Positions 36,410-44,414 of a stretch of DNA of 50,348 nt are shown piece after piece; position 1 is the stretch's first letter; every line of letters starts with the position of its first letter. This DNA is from Acutalibacteraceae bacterium (GTDB taxonomy: Bacteria > Bacillota > Clostridia > Oscillospirales > Acutalibacteraceae). The translations under genes were made by a program, and so were the position numbers. The stretch covers positions 1 to 50,348 of the forward strand of contig JAZUOC010000258.1 of assembly GCA_045604465.1 (NCBI GenBank), written 5' to 3'. The notes beneath the pieces are model-generated. The model did no database searches, had not been told where the DNA came from, and saw nothing but the letters and a program-made list of their open reading frames with translations.

Positions 36410-36425
36410 GATAAACAGGTGCATT
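36391..36425 (-). terminator. Hairpin at the end of the radical SAM gene
   Basis: Minus strand reads AATGCACCTG (36425-36416), a 15-nt loop, then CAGGTGCATT (36400-36391), followed by TGTATTATTAT. Confidence 0.5.
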
Positions 36426-37188
36426 ATTTGTTTAATTGTGGCTTATACTCCGACAATATCTGCATAATATCCTTCTCATGAATATTATTTCCTAAAATAT
36501 CTCCCTTTGCGCCGAAGCACACTGCCCGTATATCCGCAGGGTCCTCCTGATAGGGATTTTTTCTTTCCTCATTCAAATCAAAGTATTCGCCCAAATATTT
36601 CAGGGCATTACCGCTTGGAAATATAATATTGCCCTCATTTTCTTCTATTCCTAATTCTTTGAAGGGAATCAGATATATTCTCGTTTTGATATTATAATAA
36701 TTATCATCCCGGTCACTTACAAGCCAAGCAGGCTGTGTCTTAATGGGTATTCCCTCTTTCAGAGCTGCTTTTGCAAAGGTCTCCACATATTCAACAGGGA
36801 TAGTCTCCTGATGAAAAGCATCGACAGAAAGCAGAATTTCATTTACGCCGCTTTCTTTAAGCTTCCGGGCAATAAGTTTTATCTTATCAGCTTTCTTATT
36901 GAAATAGCCATTGGTTATAAGCTGTCTTTTCGGAATGTTCATTTCTGTGGCAGCCTTATGTATTTCGCATACCGTATCGGGAAAGAGTAAAGGCTCACCG
37001 CCGAAGGTCATAACCGAGGTTATGTTATACTCCTCTGCGATTTTACGCACAGCGTCAGCGGCTATAGTTTTGTCGATATTATCGGTACATCCTGTGTGGT
37101 CGCCTTGAGAGCAGTGCTTGCATTTGCCTGTACAAGCCATAGTGACAAGAAATTCTATGCGGTTAAGGTTTTTGAGGTATTTGTTCAT
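36424..37188 (-). CDS. Radical SAM protein, unknown function
   Basis: 254 aa. MACTGKCKHCS (CxxxCxxC) near the N-terminus and FGGEPLL. I see no SPASM-type Cys cluster. Confidence 0.75.
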   Translation of the reverse strand: MNKYLKNLNRIEFLVTMACTGKCKHCSQGDHTGCTDNIDKTIAADAVRKIAEEYNITSVMTFGGEPLLFPDTVCEIHKAATEMNIPKRQLITNGYFNKKADKIKLIARKLKESGVNEILLSVDAFHQETIPVEYVETFAKAALKEGIPIKTQPAWLVSDRDDNYYNIKTRIYLIPFKELGIEENEGNIIFPSGNALKYLGEYFDLNEERKNPYQEDPADIRAVCFGAKGDILGNNIHEKDIMQILSEYKPQLNK

Positions 37189-37993
37189 TAGTATATCCTT
37201 TCAACCATTGTACAGAATTTTTCAGTCCGTCAACAGTTTTTGTTTCTAAAACAACACGGCAGTTTTGTTCATTCGCAAGGTCGAGATACTGTCGGATATT
37301 CATTTCACCTGTACCGAGTGCAAGGTGATTTTTTCTACCTTTAGCATCATGCAAATGAATATGTCTCAATCTGTCTTTACGTTTCATAATAAATTCTTCG
37401 TCAGTGCCACCGATACCGTAATTATGTCCTACATCAAAAGTCAGAGCAAAAACTTTGCTTTTTAATAATAAATCAATAGCCTCTTTTTGGAAATCCTCGT
37501 AACCGTCACAGTTTTCAATACAGATTTTTATGTCAGCATCGTCAATAGTAATGTCGCACATATCTCGGAAATCAATAATGCCTTTAAAATACTGTTCTTT
37601 GTATTGCGAAAAAAGAAACGTCTTTCTTTCAGGCAAAGTAAAATATACACCTTTTGACATATGCATATTCAAAACCTTTATGTTAAGTTGCTTTGCAAGT
37701 TCTATGGTTTCAATAACGGTTTTGATATATGCTTTTGCTATGTAAGAATTAAAATCACATACATTTAAATTTTCATCAAGGTGAAGGGTGTAATAAATAC
37801 CGTATTTTTCAGCAATATTTCTAAAAAATTCTATATCAATTTTATGAAACTGATATTGAGGAAGGTTCATATTAAGTTCAATAAAATCAAGCCCTAATAC
37901 CGAACAAAGATTTGCACATTCTTCAATTTTGTCCGTTTCAATCAATGTAGGCATTCCATAGCTTATATGCTCCATATTTTTATCGCATTTCAT
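37163..37993 (-). CDS. Xylose-isomerase-like TIM-barrel protein (sugar phosphate isomerase/epimerase family)
   Basis: 276 aa. Patterns LGLDFIELN, NMHMS, CIEN, FDVGH and IHLHD are typical of AP-endonuclease-2/TIM-barrel family members. The start is uncertain (37993, 37975 or 37954, none with a good SD). It overlaps both neighbours. Confidence 0.65.
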   Translation of the reverse strand: MKCDKNMEHISYGMPTLIETDKIEECANLCSVLGLDFIELNMNLPQYQFHKIDIEFFRNIAEKYGIYYTLHLDENLNVCDFNSYIAKAYIKTVIETIELAKQLNIKVLNMHMSKGVYFTLPERKTFLFSQYKEQYFKGIIDFRDMCDITIDDADIKICIENCDGYEDFQKEAIDLLLKSKVFALTFDVGHNYGIGGTDEEFIMKRKDRLRHIHLHDAKGRKNHLALGTGEMNIRQYLDLANEQNCRVVLETKTVDGLKNSVQWLKGYTNEQIPQKP

Positions 37994-38471
37994 TTAAAAA
38001 TTCATCTGCCTCTTCTCTCGATTTAAAAATTATCACCTGTTTTTCTTCTTTATACCTGTCAAGCAATTCATATATATAAGGCAAGGTGTTATTAGGAAAA
38101 TCCTCTATAAATTTTCTGAATTCGGGGTCTAATTCCTTTTCGAGCCACGGCAAATCGTATCTTTCTTTACCTATCCGGTCTGTTACGCCCTGTAGACAGA
38201 CCTCTGTGGGCAAATCAAAGAGAAAAACCGTATCGCACTCTCTGAGCCTCATTTCTATGGTTCTTTTATAATTCCCGTCGATTATCCATTCCTCTTCGGA
38301 GAAGATTCCGGATATTCTTTCGTCGAACTCTTCCCGGGGAATATGTGTTTTATCGGGCTTATGCCATATAGCATCGAGGTAATATAAGGGTAGTCCCGTT
38401 ATTTTGTTCAGCTTTTCTGCGAAGGTTGTCTTACCCGAGCCGGGACAGCCGATAACGATTACTTTTTTCAT
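37980..38471 (-). CDS. P-loop NTPase, adenylate-kinase-like (topology modulation protein FlaR-like)
   Basis: 163 aa. VIVIGCPGSGKTTFAEKL Walker A. Size and pattern match the FlaR/AAA-kinase family. Confidence 0.7.
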   Translation of the reverse strand: MKKVIVIGCPGSGKTTFAEKLNKITGLPLYYLDAIWHKPDKTHIPREEFDERISGIFSEEEWIIDGNYKRTIEMRLRECDTVFLFDLPTEVCLQGVTDRIGKERYDLPWLEKELDPEFRKFIEDFPNNTLPYIYELLDRYKEEKQVIIFKSREEADEFLNEMR

Positions 38472-38472
38472 A

Positions 38473-39027
38473 TCACTTTAACTCTTTCTGCATATAGAAT
38501 AAATCCTGATAGGTACCATCCTTAAGCTTACAGATTTTCGGCTTTACGGCTACGGTTTCAAATCCGAATTTCTCATAGAGAGCCTTTCCTCTTTCGTTGC
38601 CTTCAAGATATTCAAGCTCAATTATTTCAGTGCCTTCGTGTTCTTTTGCGATTTCTGTAAGCTCCGTAAACATAGCGGAGCCGATACCTATATTCCAATA
38701 ATCCTTAAGAATAGCAATTCCTATACCGGCTCTGTGAGAGGTTTTCATGTCACTGAAAAATGTAATATCACAGGAGCCGACGGTTTTACCTTCGATGTAG
38801 CAGGCGATTATAAGGTTGCGGTCTGATTCCCTGTTGCCGGAAATCCATTTTTCTTCGTCTTCTACGGAAAAGCCTTTCCAGTCTTCAGCGCAACGTGAGA
38901 GAAAATCTGTTTCTGCGCTTGCGGCTTGAACAGTGCTGAGAAGCATTTCCGCATCTGCGATTTCAGGTGTTTTCAGTAGAGCTGCTATGCCGTTTTTCAG
39001 AATAATTTCCTTTTCGTTAAATATCAC
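38473..39027 (-). CDS. GNAT-family N-acetyltransferase (RimJ/RimL-like)
   Basis: 184 aa. AILKDYWNIGIGSAMF (acetyl-CoA loop) and ALYEKFGF. GTG start 6 nt after a GGAGGG SD. Confidence 0.8.
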   Translation of the reverse strand: MIFNEKEIILKNGIAALLKTPEIADAEMLLSTVQAASAETDFLSRCAEDWKGFSVEDEEKWISGNRESDRNLIIACYIEGKTVGSCDITFFSDMKTSHRAGIGIAILKDYWNIGIGSAMFTELTEIAKEHEGTEIIELEYLEGNERGKALYEKFGFETVAVKPKICKLKDGTYQDLFYMQKELK

Positions 39028-39045
39028 GGTGTTCCCTCCTTTTTT

Positions 39046-39085
39046 ATATAAAAAATGCGTCTCTGACCGTAAAATCAGAAACGCA
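39046..39085 (-). terminator. Leader terminator/attenuator directly upstream of the GNAT SD
   Basis: Minus strand reads TGCGTTTCTGA-ttttacgg-TCAGAGACGCA followed by TTTTTTATAT, about 10 nt before GGAGGG. Confidence 0.55.
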
Positions 39086-39199
39086 AACCAATTAAAAAGT
39101 TATACAGTTATCTGCACACGGACAAAGAAATATCGCTTTTACTGTTCATCACTCGCCACATCATTTCGTCCGCCTGCCTTTCATTTTTTCGTTTTAAAC

Positions 39200-39228
39200 A
39201 GTATATCACCCGTTTTTTGAAATGTCAA
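39200..39228 (-). promoter_or_regulatory. SigmaA promoter of the GNAT operon leader
   Basis: Minus strand reads TTGACA (39228-39223), a 17-nt spacer, then TATACT (39205-39200), with a TGa extended -10. Confidence 0.65.
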
Positions 39229-39320
39229 TATCATATCTTGTTACCCGATTTTATCCTTATACAACATATCCCCTGCGTTATAAAAAAATATTATTATTCT
39301 GTAACATTTCAACATAACTA

Positions 39321-39349
39321 TTGACAGAAAGCTGTAATTTTGGTAAAAT
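39321..39349 (+). promoter_or_regulatory. SigmaA promoter of the SCP2-aminotransferase-transketolase operon
   Basis: TTGACA (39321-39326), a 17-nt spacer, then TAAAAT (39344-39349), with a TGg extended -10. Confidence 0.7.
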
Positions 39350-39418
39350 ATCTACAACTGCAATTGGTTGCAAAAGAAATTTCGGGTGAGTATCCGCTCA
39401 CCGAAGGAGGATTATATC

Positions 39419-40180
39419 ATGATGACAGATGCAAAAACCTTAGCGTACATAAACATGTATGCTATCCTGGGTACTCTGGAAAACCTTTGCGAACTTGATA
39501 AGGAAGCAAGTGAGCTCGTTAAGACAAAGAAGCCTGTTTCCGTAGGTCTCGAAGTAAAGGGCGGTCCCAGTGCTACTCTCACCTTCGCTAACGGAAGATG
39601 CAGAATGGAACAGGGCACAGCAAACTGTGACGTTCTTCTTCCCTTCTCTTCCTGCGAAAAGTTTAACGGTCTCATCGACGGTACCGTTACTCCCATTCCT
39701 TCAAAGGGCTTTACTAAGATAGGCTTCCTTCTTAAGAAGTTCACTCCCCTTACGGATATTCTTTCCAAGTACCTTAAGGCTACCGAAGAAGATCTCAAGG
39801 ATGATAAGTTCTTTGAAATCAGCACAAAGCTTATGTTCTATGTCATCACCGTTGCTCTTTCACAGATCGGTAACAATGATGAAATCGGTAAGTTCAGCGC
39901 AAGCCTTATCCCCGACGGCATCATCGATGTTTCCATCAAGGACTGCGTGGCTTCCACCATTCAGGTTAAAGACAGCCATATGATCACAATCAAGGAAAAG
40001 CCCGAAGCTTTCCGTTCACAGATGCAGTTCTGCGACATCAGAACCGCAAGAGCTCTCTTCGACGGTAAAATCAATGCCATCGCTTCCATAGGCGAAGGTC
40101 TGATCGAAATGCACGGTCTTATCAATATGATCGACAACGTAAACAGAATACTTGACAGAGTAGCACTCTATCTTGCATAA
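39419..40180 (+). CDS. Double SCP2-like (sterol-carrier-protein fold) protein, paralog A
   Basis: 253 aa. Two halves each follow the SCP2 pattern (..VSVGLEVKGGPSATLTFANGRCRMEQG..CDVLLPFSSCEKFNGLIDGTVTP.. and ..DVSIKDCVASTIQVKD..MQFCDIRTARALFDGKINAIASIGEGLIEMHG..). The ATG follows a GAAGGAGG SD. Confidence 0.55.
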   Translation: MMTDAKTLAYINMYAILGTLENLCELDKEASELVKTKKPVSVGLEVKGGPSATLTFANGRCRMEQGTANCDVLLPFSSCEKFNGLIDGTVTPIPSKGFTKIGFLLKKFTPLTDILSKYLKATEEDLKDDKFFEISTKLMFYVITVALSQIGNNDEIGKFSASLIPDGIIDVSIKDCVASTIQVKDSHMITIKEKPEAFRSQMQFCDIRTARALFDGKINAIASIGEGLIEMHGLINMIDNVNRILDRVALYLA

Positions 40181-40193
40181 GGAGGAATTAATA

Positions 40194-41459
40194 ATGAGCT
40201 TTCCTATTTATAACACTGAAAAAAGCAGAGAAATGTTCACCAGAGCGACAAAAGTAATTCCTTCAGGTATCTACGGCCACCTCGGCCCCGCTGAAGGTCA
40301 GTTCATCCCTGTTAATAAATGGCCTATGTTTGCTGAAAAGGCAAAGGGTACTTATGTATGGGACGTAGACGGCAACAAGTACATCGACTATATGTGTGCT
40401 TACGGCCCCAACGTTTTAGGCTACTGTGATCCCGACGTAGACGCTGCTGCTGCAAAGCAGACCGCGCTCGGTAACTGTACTACTCAGCCCGGCAAGGTTA
40501 TGGTCGAATGTGCTGAGCTTTTAGTAGACACCGTAGCTACTGCTGACTGGGCTTTCTTCGCAAAGAACGGTAACGATGCTACTCAGGGTGCTATTATGTG
40601 CGCCAGAGCATATACACACAGAAAAAAGGTTATCATGTTCTCCGGCTACTATCACGGTGTTTCACCCTGGTGTCAGAAGATCGACTATCCGGGTGTTCTT
40701 CCCGAGGACGTAGCCAATAACATTATGCTTCCCTGGAACGATATTCCTCTTTTAGAGAGAACTATCGAAGAAAATAAAAATGAAATCGCATGTCTTATCG
40801 CTCAGCCCTATGACCACGGTAACTTCCATGATAACGCATTCCCCGAAGAAGGCTTCTGGCCGAAGGTAAGAGAAATCTGTACAAAGAATGACATCGTTCT
40901 TATCGTAGACGACGTTCGTGCAGGCTTCCGTCTCGACCTTAAAGGCTCTGACCATTTCTTCGGCTTCGAGGCTGACCTTATCTGCTTCTGCAAGGCACTG
41001 GCTAACGGCTATAATATGTCAGCTATCTGCGGTAAGGAATTCCTTAAGGGCGCTATGAGCTCTCTCGCATACACAGGCTCCTACTGGCTTTCAGCTGTTC
41101 CCTTCGCAGCCTGTATCGCAAACATCAATAAGATGAAAGAGCTTGACATTCCCACTATGTTCAAGCAGAAAGGCGAAATGCTCTGTGACGGTCTCGTAAA
41201 AGCAGGTAAGGAGCACGGTATAGACCTGGTAGTATCAGGTGCTCCCGCTCTCTTCTACTTAAGAATAGGTAACGATGACAGCATGCTTCTCCATCAGGAA
41301 TGGATCGCTGAAATGGTTTCAAGAGGTATCTTCCTCGCATCTCACCATAACCACTTCATCAACGCCGCTCTTTCCACAAAGGACATCAAGCACTCAATCG
41401 AGGTTGCTGAGGAATGCTTCGGCGTCGTAGCAAAGAATCATCCCGAGCTTTTCAGATAA
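40194..41459 (+). CDS. Class-III PLP-dependent aminotransferase (glutamate-1-semialdehyde aminomutase-like)
   Basis: 421 aa. GTYVWDVDGNKYIDY, VDDVRAGFRL (cf. DEVMTGFR) and FCKALANG (PLP lysine position). AAGGAGG SD. Confidence 0.85.
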   Translation: MSFPIYNTEKSREMFTRATKVIPSGIYGHLGPAEGQFIPVNKWPMFAEKAKGTYVWDVDGNKYIDYMCAYGPNVLGYCDPDVDAAAAKQTALGNCTTQPGKVMVECAELLVDTVATADWAFFAKNGNDATQGAIMCARAYTHRKKVIMFSGYYHGVSPWCQKIDYPGVLPEDVANNIMLPWNDIPLLERTIEENKNEIACLIAQPYDHGNFHDNAFPEEGFWPKVREICTKNDIVLIVDDVRAGFRLDLKGSDHFFGFEADLICFCKALANGYNMSAICGKEFLKGAMSSLAYTGSYWLSAVPFAACIANINKMKELDIPTMFKQKGEMLCDGLVKAGKEHGIDLVVSGAPALFYLRIGNDDSMLLHQEWIAEMVSRGIFLASHHNHFINAALSTKDIKHSIEVAEECFGVVAKNHPELFR

Positions 41460-41524
41460 TCAAGTGAATCTTTCTCCCCTTAAGGGAGAATAAAATAACA
41501 TCATTATAAATGGAGGAAAACATT

Positions 41525-42403
41525 ATGCCACTTTCAAAAAACGAATGGCTTGCTCTCGAAAAGAAAGCTTATGATCTGCGTAAGCTTACGGTTCAGACCA
41601 CCGTATGGGCAGGCAGCGGACATTTCGGCGGCGGTATGAGCGTCATGGACCTTCTTACCGTTCTCTATCACAAGTATCTCAACATCAAGGTTGACGATCC
41701 CAAATGGGAAGACAGAGACCGCTTCATCCTTTCAAAGGGTCACGCAGCTATCGCTTATGCTCCCGTGCTCTGCGACAAAGGCTTCAACGATGTAGAAATG
41801 CTCAAATCCTTTAACCTTTCCGGTTCAAAGATGGGTATGCACCTCGACTCAAATAAGGTTGTCGGCGTAGACGCATCCACAGGCTCACTCGGCCACGGTC
41901 CTTCCATCGCAGCAGGTACCGCTCTCGCAGCAAGACTTCTCGGTAAGGATTATCTTACATACGTTGTTACCGGTGACGGTGAACTCGGTGAAGGCTCATG
42001 CTGGGAAGGCTTTATGACCATCAATCACTACAACCTTTCCAACTGTATCGTATTCATTGACAGAAACCACAATATGATCGACGGTAACACCGAAGACATC
42101 AAAAAGCTCGAGCCTCTTGCAGACAAGATGACAGCTTTCGGCTTCAACACTATCGTTGTTGACGGTAACAATATCGGTGAGCTTTGCGATGCTATCGACA
42201 AGGCTATCGAAAGATCAAAGGAGCCCTGTGCACCTACATGTATTCTTATGGATACCAAAAAGGGCGCAGGTATCAAATCAATTGAAGGCGATTACACATG
42301 GCACTACGGCGCTATCGACGATGCTCTTTTCGAAAAATTCAATAAGGAACTCGACGAAGATTACAAGGCACGCTGCGCTCGTGCAGAAAAGGAGGGCAAA
42401 TAA
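41525..42403 (+). CDS. Transketolase, N-terminal (ThDP/PP-domain) subunit
   Basis: 292 aa. GSGHFGGGMSVMDLLTVLY, SKGHAA, GSLGHG, VTGDGELGEGSCWE. The ATG at 41525 lies 8 nt after GGAGG. Confidence 0.9.
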   Translation: MPLSKNEWLALEKKAYDLRKLTVQTTVWAGSGHFGGGMSVMDLLTVLYHKYLNIKVDDPKWEDRDRFILSKGHAAIAYAPVLCDKGFNDVEMLKSFNLSGSKMGMHLDSNKVVGVDASTGSLGHGPSIAAGTALAARLLGKDYLTYVVTGDGELGEGSCWEGFMTINHYNLSNCIVFIDRNHNMIDGNTEDIKKLEPLADKMTAFGFNTIVVDGNNIGELCDAIDKAIERSKEPCAPTCILMDTKKGAGIKSIEGDYTWHYGAIDDALFEKFNKELDEDYKARCARAEKEGK

Positions 42404-42405
42404 TT

Positions 42406-43413
42406 ATGGCAGGCGGATTTGTTTACACAGCAGTTGACCAGACTTCTCTTTCCACAGCTGAAATTTACGGTAAGGCTCTTGCTGACATTATTTTAAAGGA
42501 CCCCAAGGTTGTTGCCATCACAGCAGACCTTGCTAAATCTACAAAACTCGGCGACGTTCTTAAGGTTTGCCCCGAAAGAGTTATCAATGTAGGTATCGCA
42601 GAGCAGGATATGTTCGGTGTAGCTGCAGGTATGGCCAGAGCAGGTATGATCCCCTTCCTTTCAGGCTTCTCAGCATTCACATCAATGAGAGCATGTGACC
42701 AGCTCCACACAGACATCTGCTACCAGAATGTAAACGCTAAGATTATCGCTACACATTCAGGTACCTCCTTCGGTCAGGCAGGCTCCACTCACCACGCTAT
42801 CACTGACCTCGCTATTACTAGAGCAATGCCCAACCTTACAGTTATCGTTCCCGCTGACGGCTTCGAAACAGCAAACGCTGTAAACGCAGCTTACGAAAAC
42901 TTCGGTCCCTACTATATCCGTATCAACCGCGGATTTGACCGTGTTCTTTATGAAAATCAGGACTACGGCTTCGAGGTAGGTAAGGCAGTGGAGGTTCACG
43001 AGGGTACAGATATTACTGTTATCGCTTGCTGCTCCTGCGCATTCCAGGCACGTGAAGCAGCTAAGTTCCTCAAAAACTCTGACGGACTCAGCGTTCGTGT
43101 TCTTAATATGCACACTATCAGCCCCATCGACGTTGAGGCTATCCAGAAGGCTATTTCCGAAACAAGAAGAATCGTTACAGTAGAAGACCACCTCGTTACA
43201 GGCGGCCTCGGTTCAGCTGTCGCTGAGGTTATGGCTCAGTACGGTAAGGGCTGTGCATTCAAGATGCTCGGTCATACGGGCTTCGCTATGATCGGTCTCC
43301 ACGAGGATATTATGTCCGATGCAGGCATCGACGCTAACGGTATCATCGCTGCAGTCCGCGAAACAATGAACGCAGACTTCGAAGAAGACGACAACTGGGA
43401 CGACGAATTCTAA
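42406..43413 (+). CDS. Transketolase, C-terminal (Pyr-domain) subunit
   Basis: 335 aa. NVGIAEQDMFGVAAGMA, THSGTSFGQAGSTHH, VEDHLVTGGLGSAV. It starts 2 nt after the N-subunit stop. Confidence 0.9.
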   Translation: MAGGFVYTAVDQTSLSTAEIYGKALADIILKDPKVVAITADLAKSTKLGDVLKVCPERVINVGIAEQDMFGVAAGMARAGMIPFLSGFSAFTSMRACDQLHTDICYQNVNAKIIATHSGTSFGQAGSTHHAITDLAITRAMPNLTVIVPADGFETANAVNAAYENFGPYYIRINRGFDRVLYENQDYGFEVGKAVEVHEGTDITVIACCSCAFQAREAAKFLKNSDGLSVRVLNMHTISPIDVEAIQKAISETRRIVTVEDHLVTGGLGSAVAEVMAQYGKGCAFKMLGHTGFAMIGLHEDIMSDAGIDANGIIAAVRETMNADFEEDDNWDDEF

Positions 43414-43435
43414 TTAATACAAGGAGGCAAAGATT

Positions 43436-44239
43436 ATGGCTCATACAAAAGAAGCCTTATACTCAAATAAAATTTTCCTTAATGCAGCTTTGCCGCTTGT
43501 AAAGGTTATTGCAAACGATATTCCCTCTCTTAAGAAAAAGTTCGAAAATGTGGAAGCAGTTATCCAGGTAAGCTGTCTTGATCCCGAATGTGAGGACGGC
43601 AAGCAGGGTATGCACTTCATCGTAAACAAGGGCGAATGGCTCGTTCACACCTGTCTTACGGAAAATCCCGACATCGAGCTTACCTTCAAGAGCATGGAAG
43701 CTCTCAATGATTTCTTCAAGGGCAATATTACTCCTGCAGGTATTCCCAAAATCAAAGGTCTCAAGAAGGCTCCCGTACTCATTTCTTTCGTAATGGTACT
43801 TCTTAAGATGGCTGACCTTCTCGGTGCTACCGAGCCTCCCAAGGATGAAGAAACAAAGGAATTACTCGTAAAATGTTATTTCTATCTTCTTTCCAGCGGT
43901 ATCAGTCAGCTTAACAAGCTCGGACATCCCGAGATCAGAGACTGGACCTCGAAGAGCCCTGACCGTGTTTATGCTTTCGCAGTCGACGGTTATCCCCAGG
44001 TAGGCGCTTACCTTCGTATCAAGGCAGGTAAATCCCGTGCAGGCCGTGGCGAATATAAGAGAGCTATGCCCTTCTTCACTCTTCGCTTCAATAACCTTGA
44101 CAGCGCACTCGGTATCCTTATGAGTATCGACGATATGCTCGAGGCTACCAAGGCAGGCCGTCTCGTTATGGACGGCGGTCCCGAATTCGGTGCACAGATC
44201 GGTGGATTTATGCTTGAAATCGGCGCACTTGCTAAATAA
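43436..44239 (+). CDS. Double SCP2-like protein, paralog B
   Basis: 267 aa, collinear with paralog A (LTFKSMEALNDFFKGNITPAGIPKIKGLKK vs LLPFSSCEKFNGLIDGTVTPIPSKGFTK; C-terminus RLVMDGGPEFGAQIGGFMLEIG vs GLIEMHGLINMIDNVNRILDRV). AAGGAGG SD. Confidence 0.55.
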   Translation: MAHTKEALYSNKIFLNAALPLVKVIANDIPSLKKKFENVEAVIQVSCLDPECEDGKQGMHFIVNKGEWLVHTCLTENPDIELTFKSMEALNDFFKGNITPAGIPKIKGLKKAPVLISFVMVLLKMADLLGATEPPKDEETKELLVKCYFYLLSSGISQLNKLGHPEIRDWTSKSPDRVYAFAVDGYPQVGAYLRIKAGKSRAGRGEYKRAMPFFTLRFNNLDSALGILMSIDDMLEATKAGRLVMDGGPEFGAQIGGFMLEIGALAK

Positions 44240-44311
44240 ATGCAAAATCGCGGGCGAGAGTGTGACCGGAGAAAATACCGTCACCGCCCCGTAAAGGCTG
44301 ATTAATAATTT

Positions 44312-44345
44312 CAAGGACACGGCTAGCCGTGTCCTTGGTTTTTCC
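44312..44345 (+). terminator. Intrinsic terminator of the operon
   Basis: CAAGGACACGG-CTAG-CCGTGTCCTTG followed by GTTTTTCC. Confidence 0.9.
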
Positions 44346-44349
44346 TTTA

Positions 44350-44378
44350 TTGAAATGTGAGTATACTTATGGTAGAAT
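44350..44378 (+). promoter_or_regulatory. SigmaA promoter of the orphan Cys4 gene
   Basis: TTGAAA (44350-44355), a 17-nt spacer, then TAGAAT (44373-44378), with a TGg extension. Confidence 0.65.
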
Positions 44379-44414
44379 GTTTTGGGGATAAGATTTGTGA
44401 AAAGAGGTACTATT

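Noticed and set aside
43862-44320. 152-aa minus-strand ORF overlapping the end of SCP2-like paralog B and its terminator
   Set aside because: It is antisense to a well-supported operon gene and runs through the terminator hairpin. No SD.
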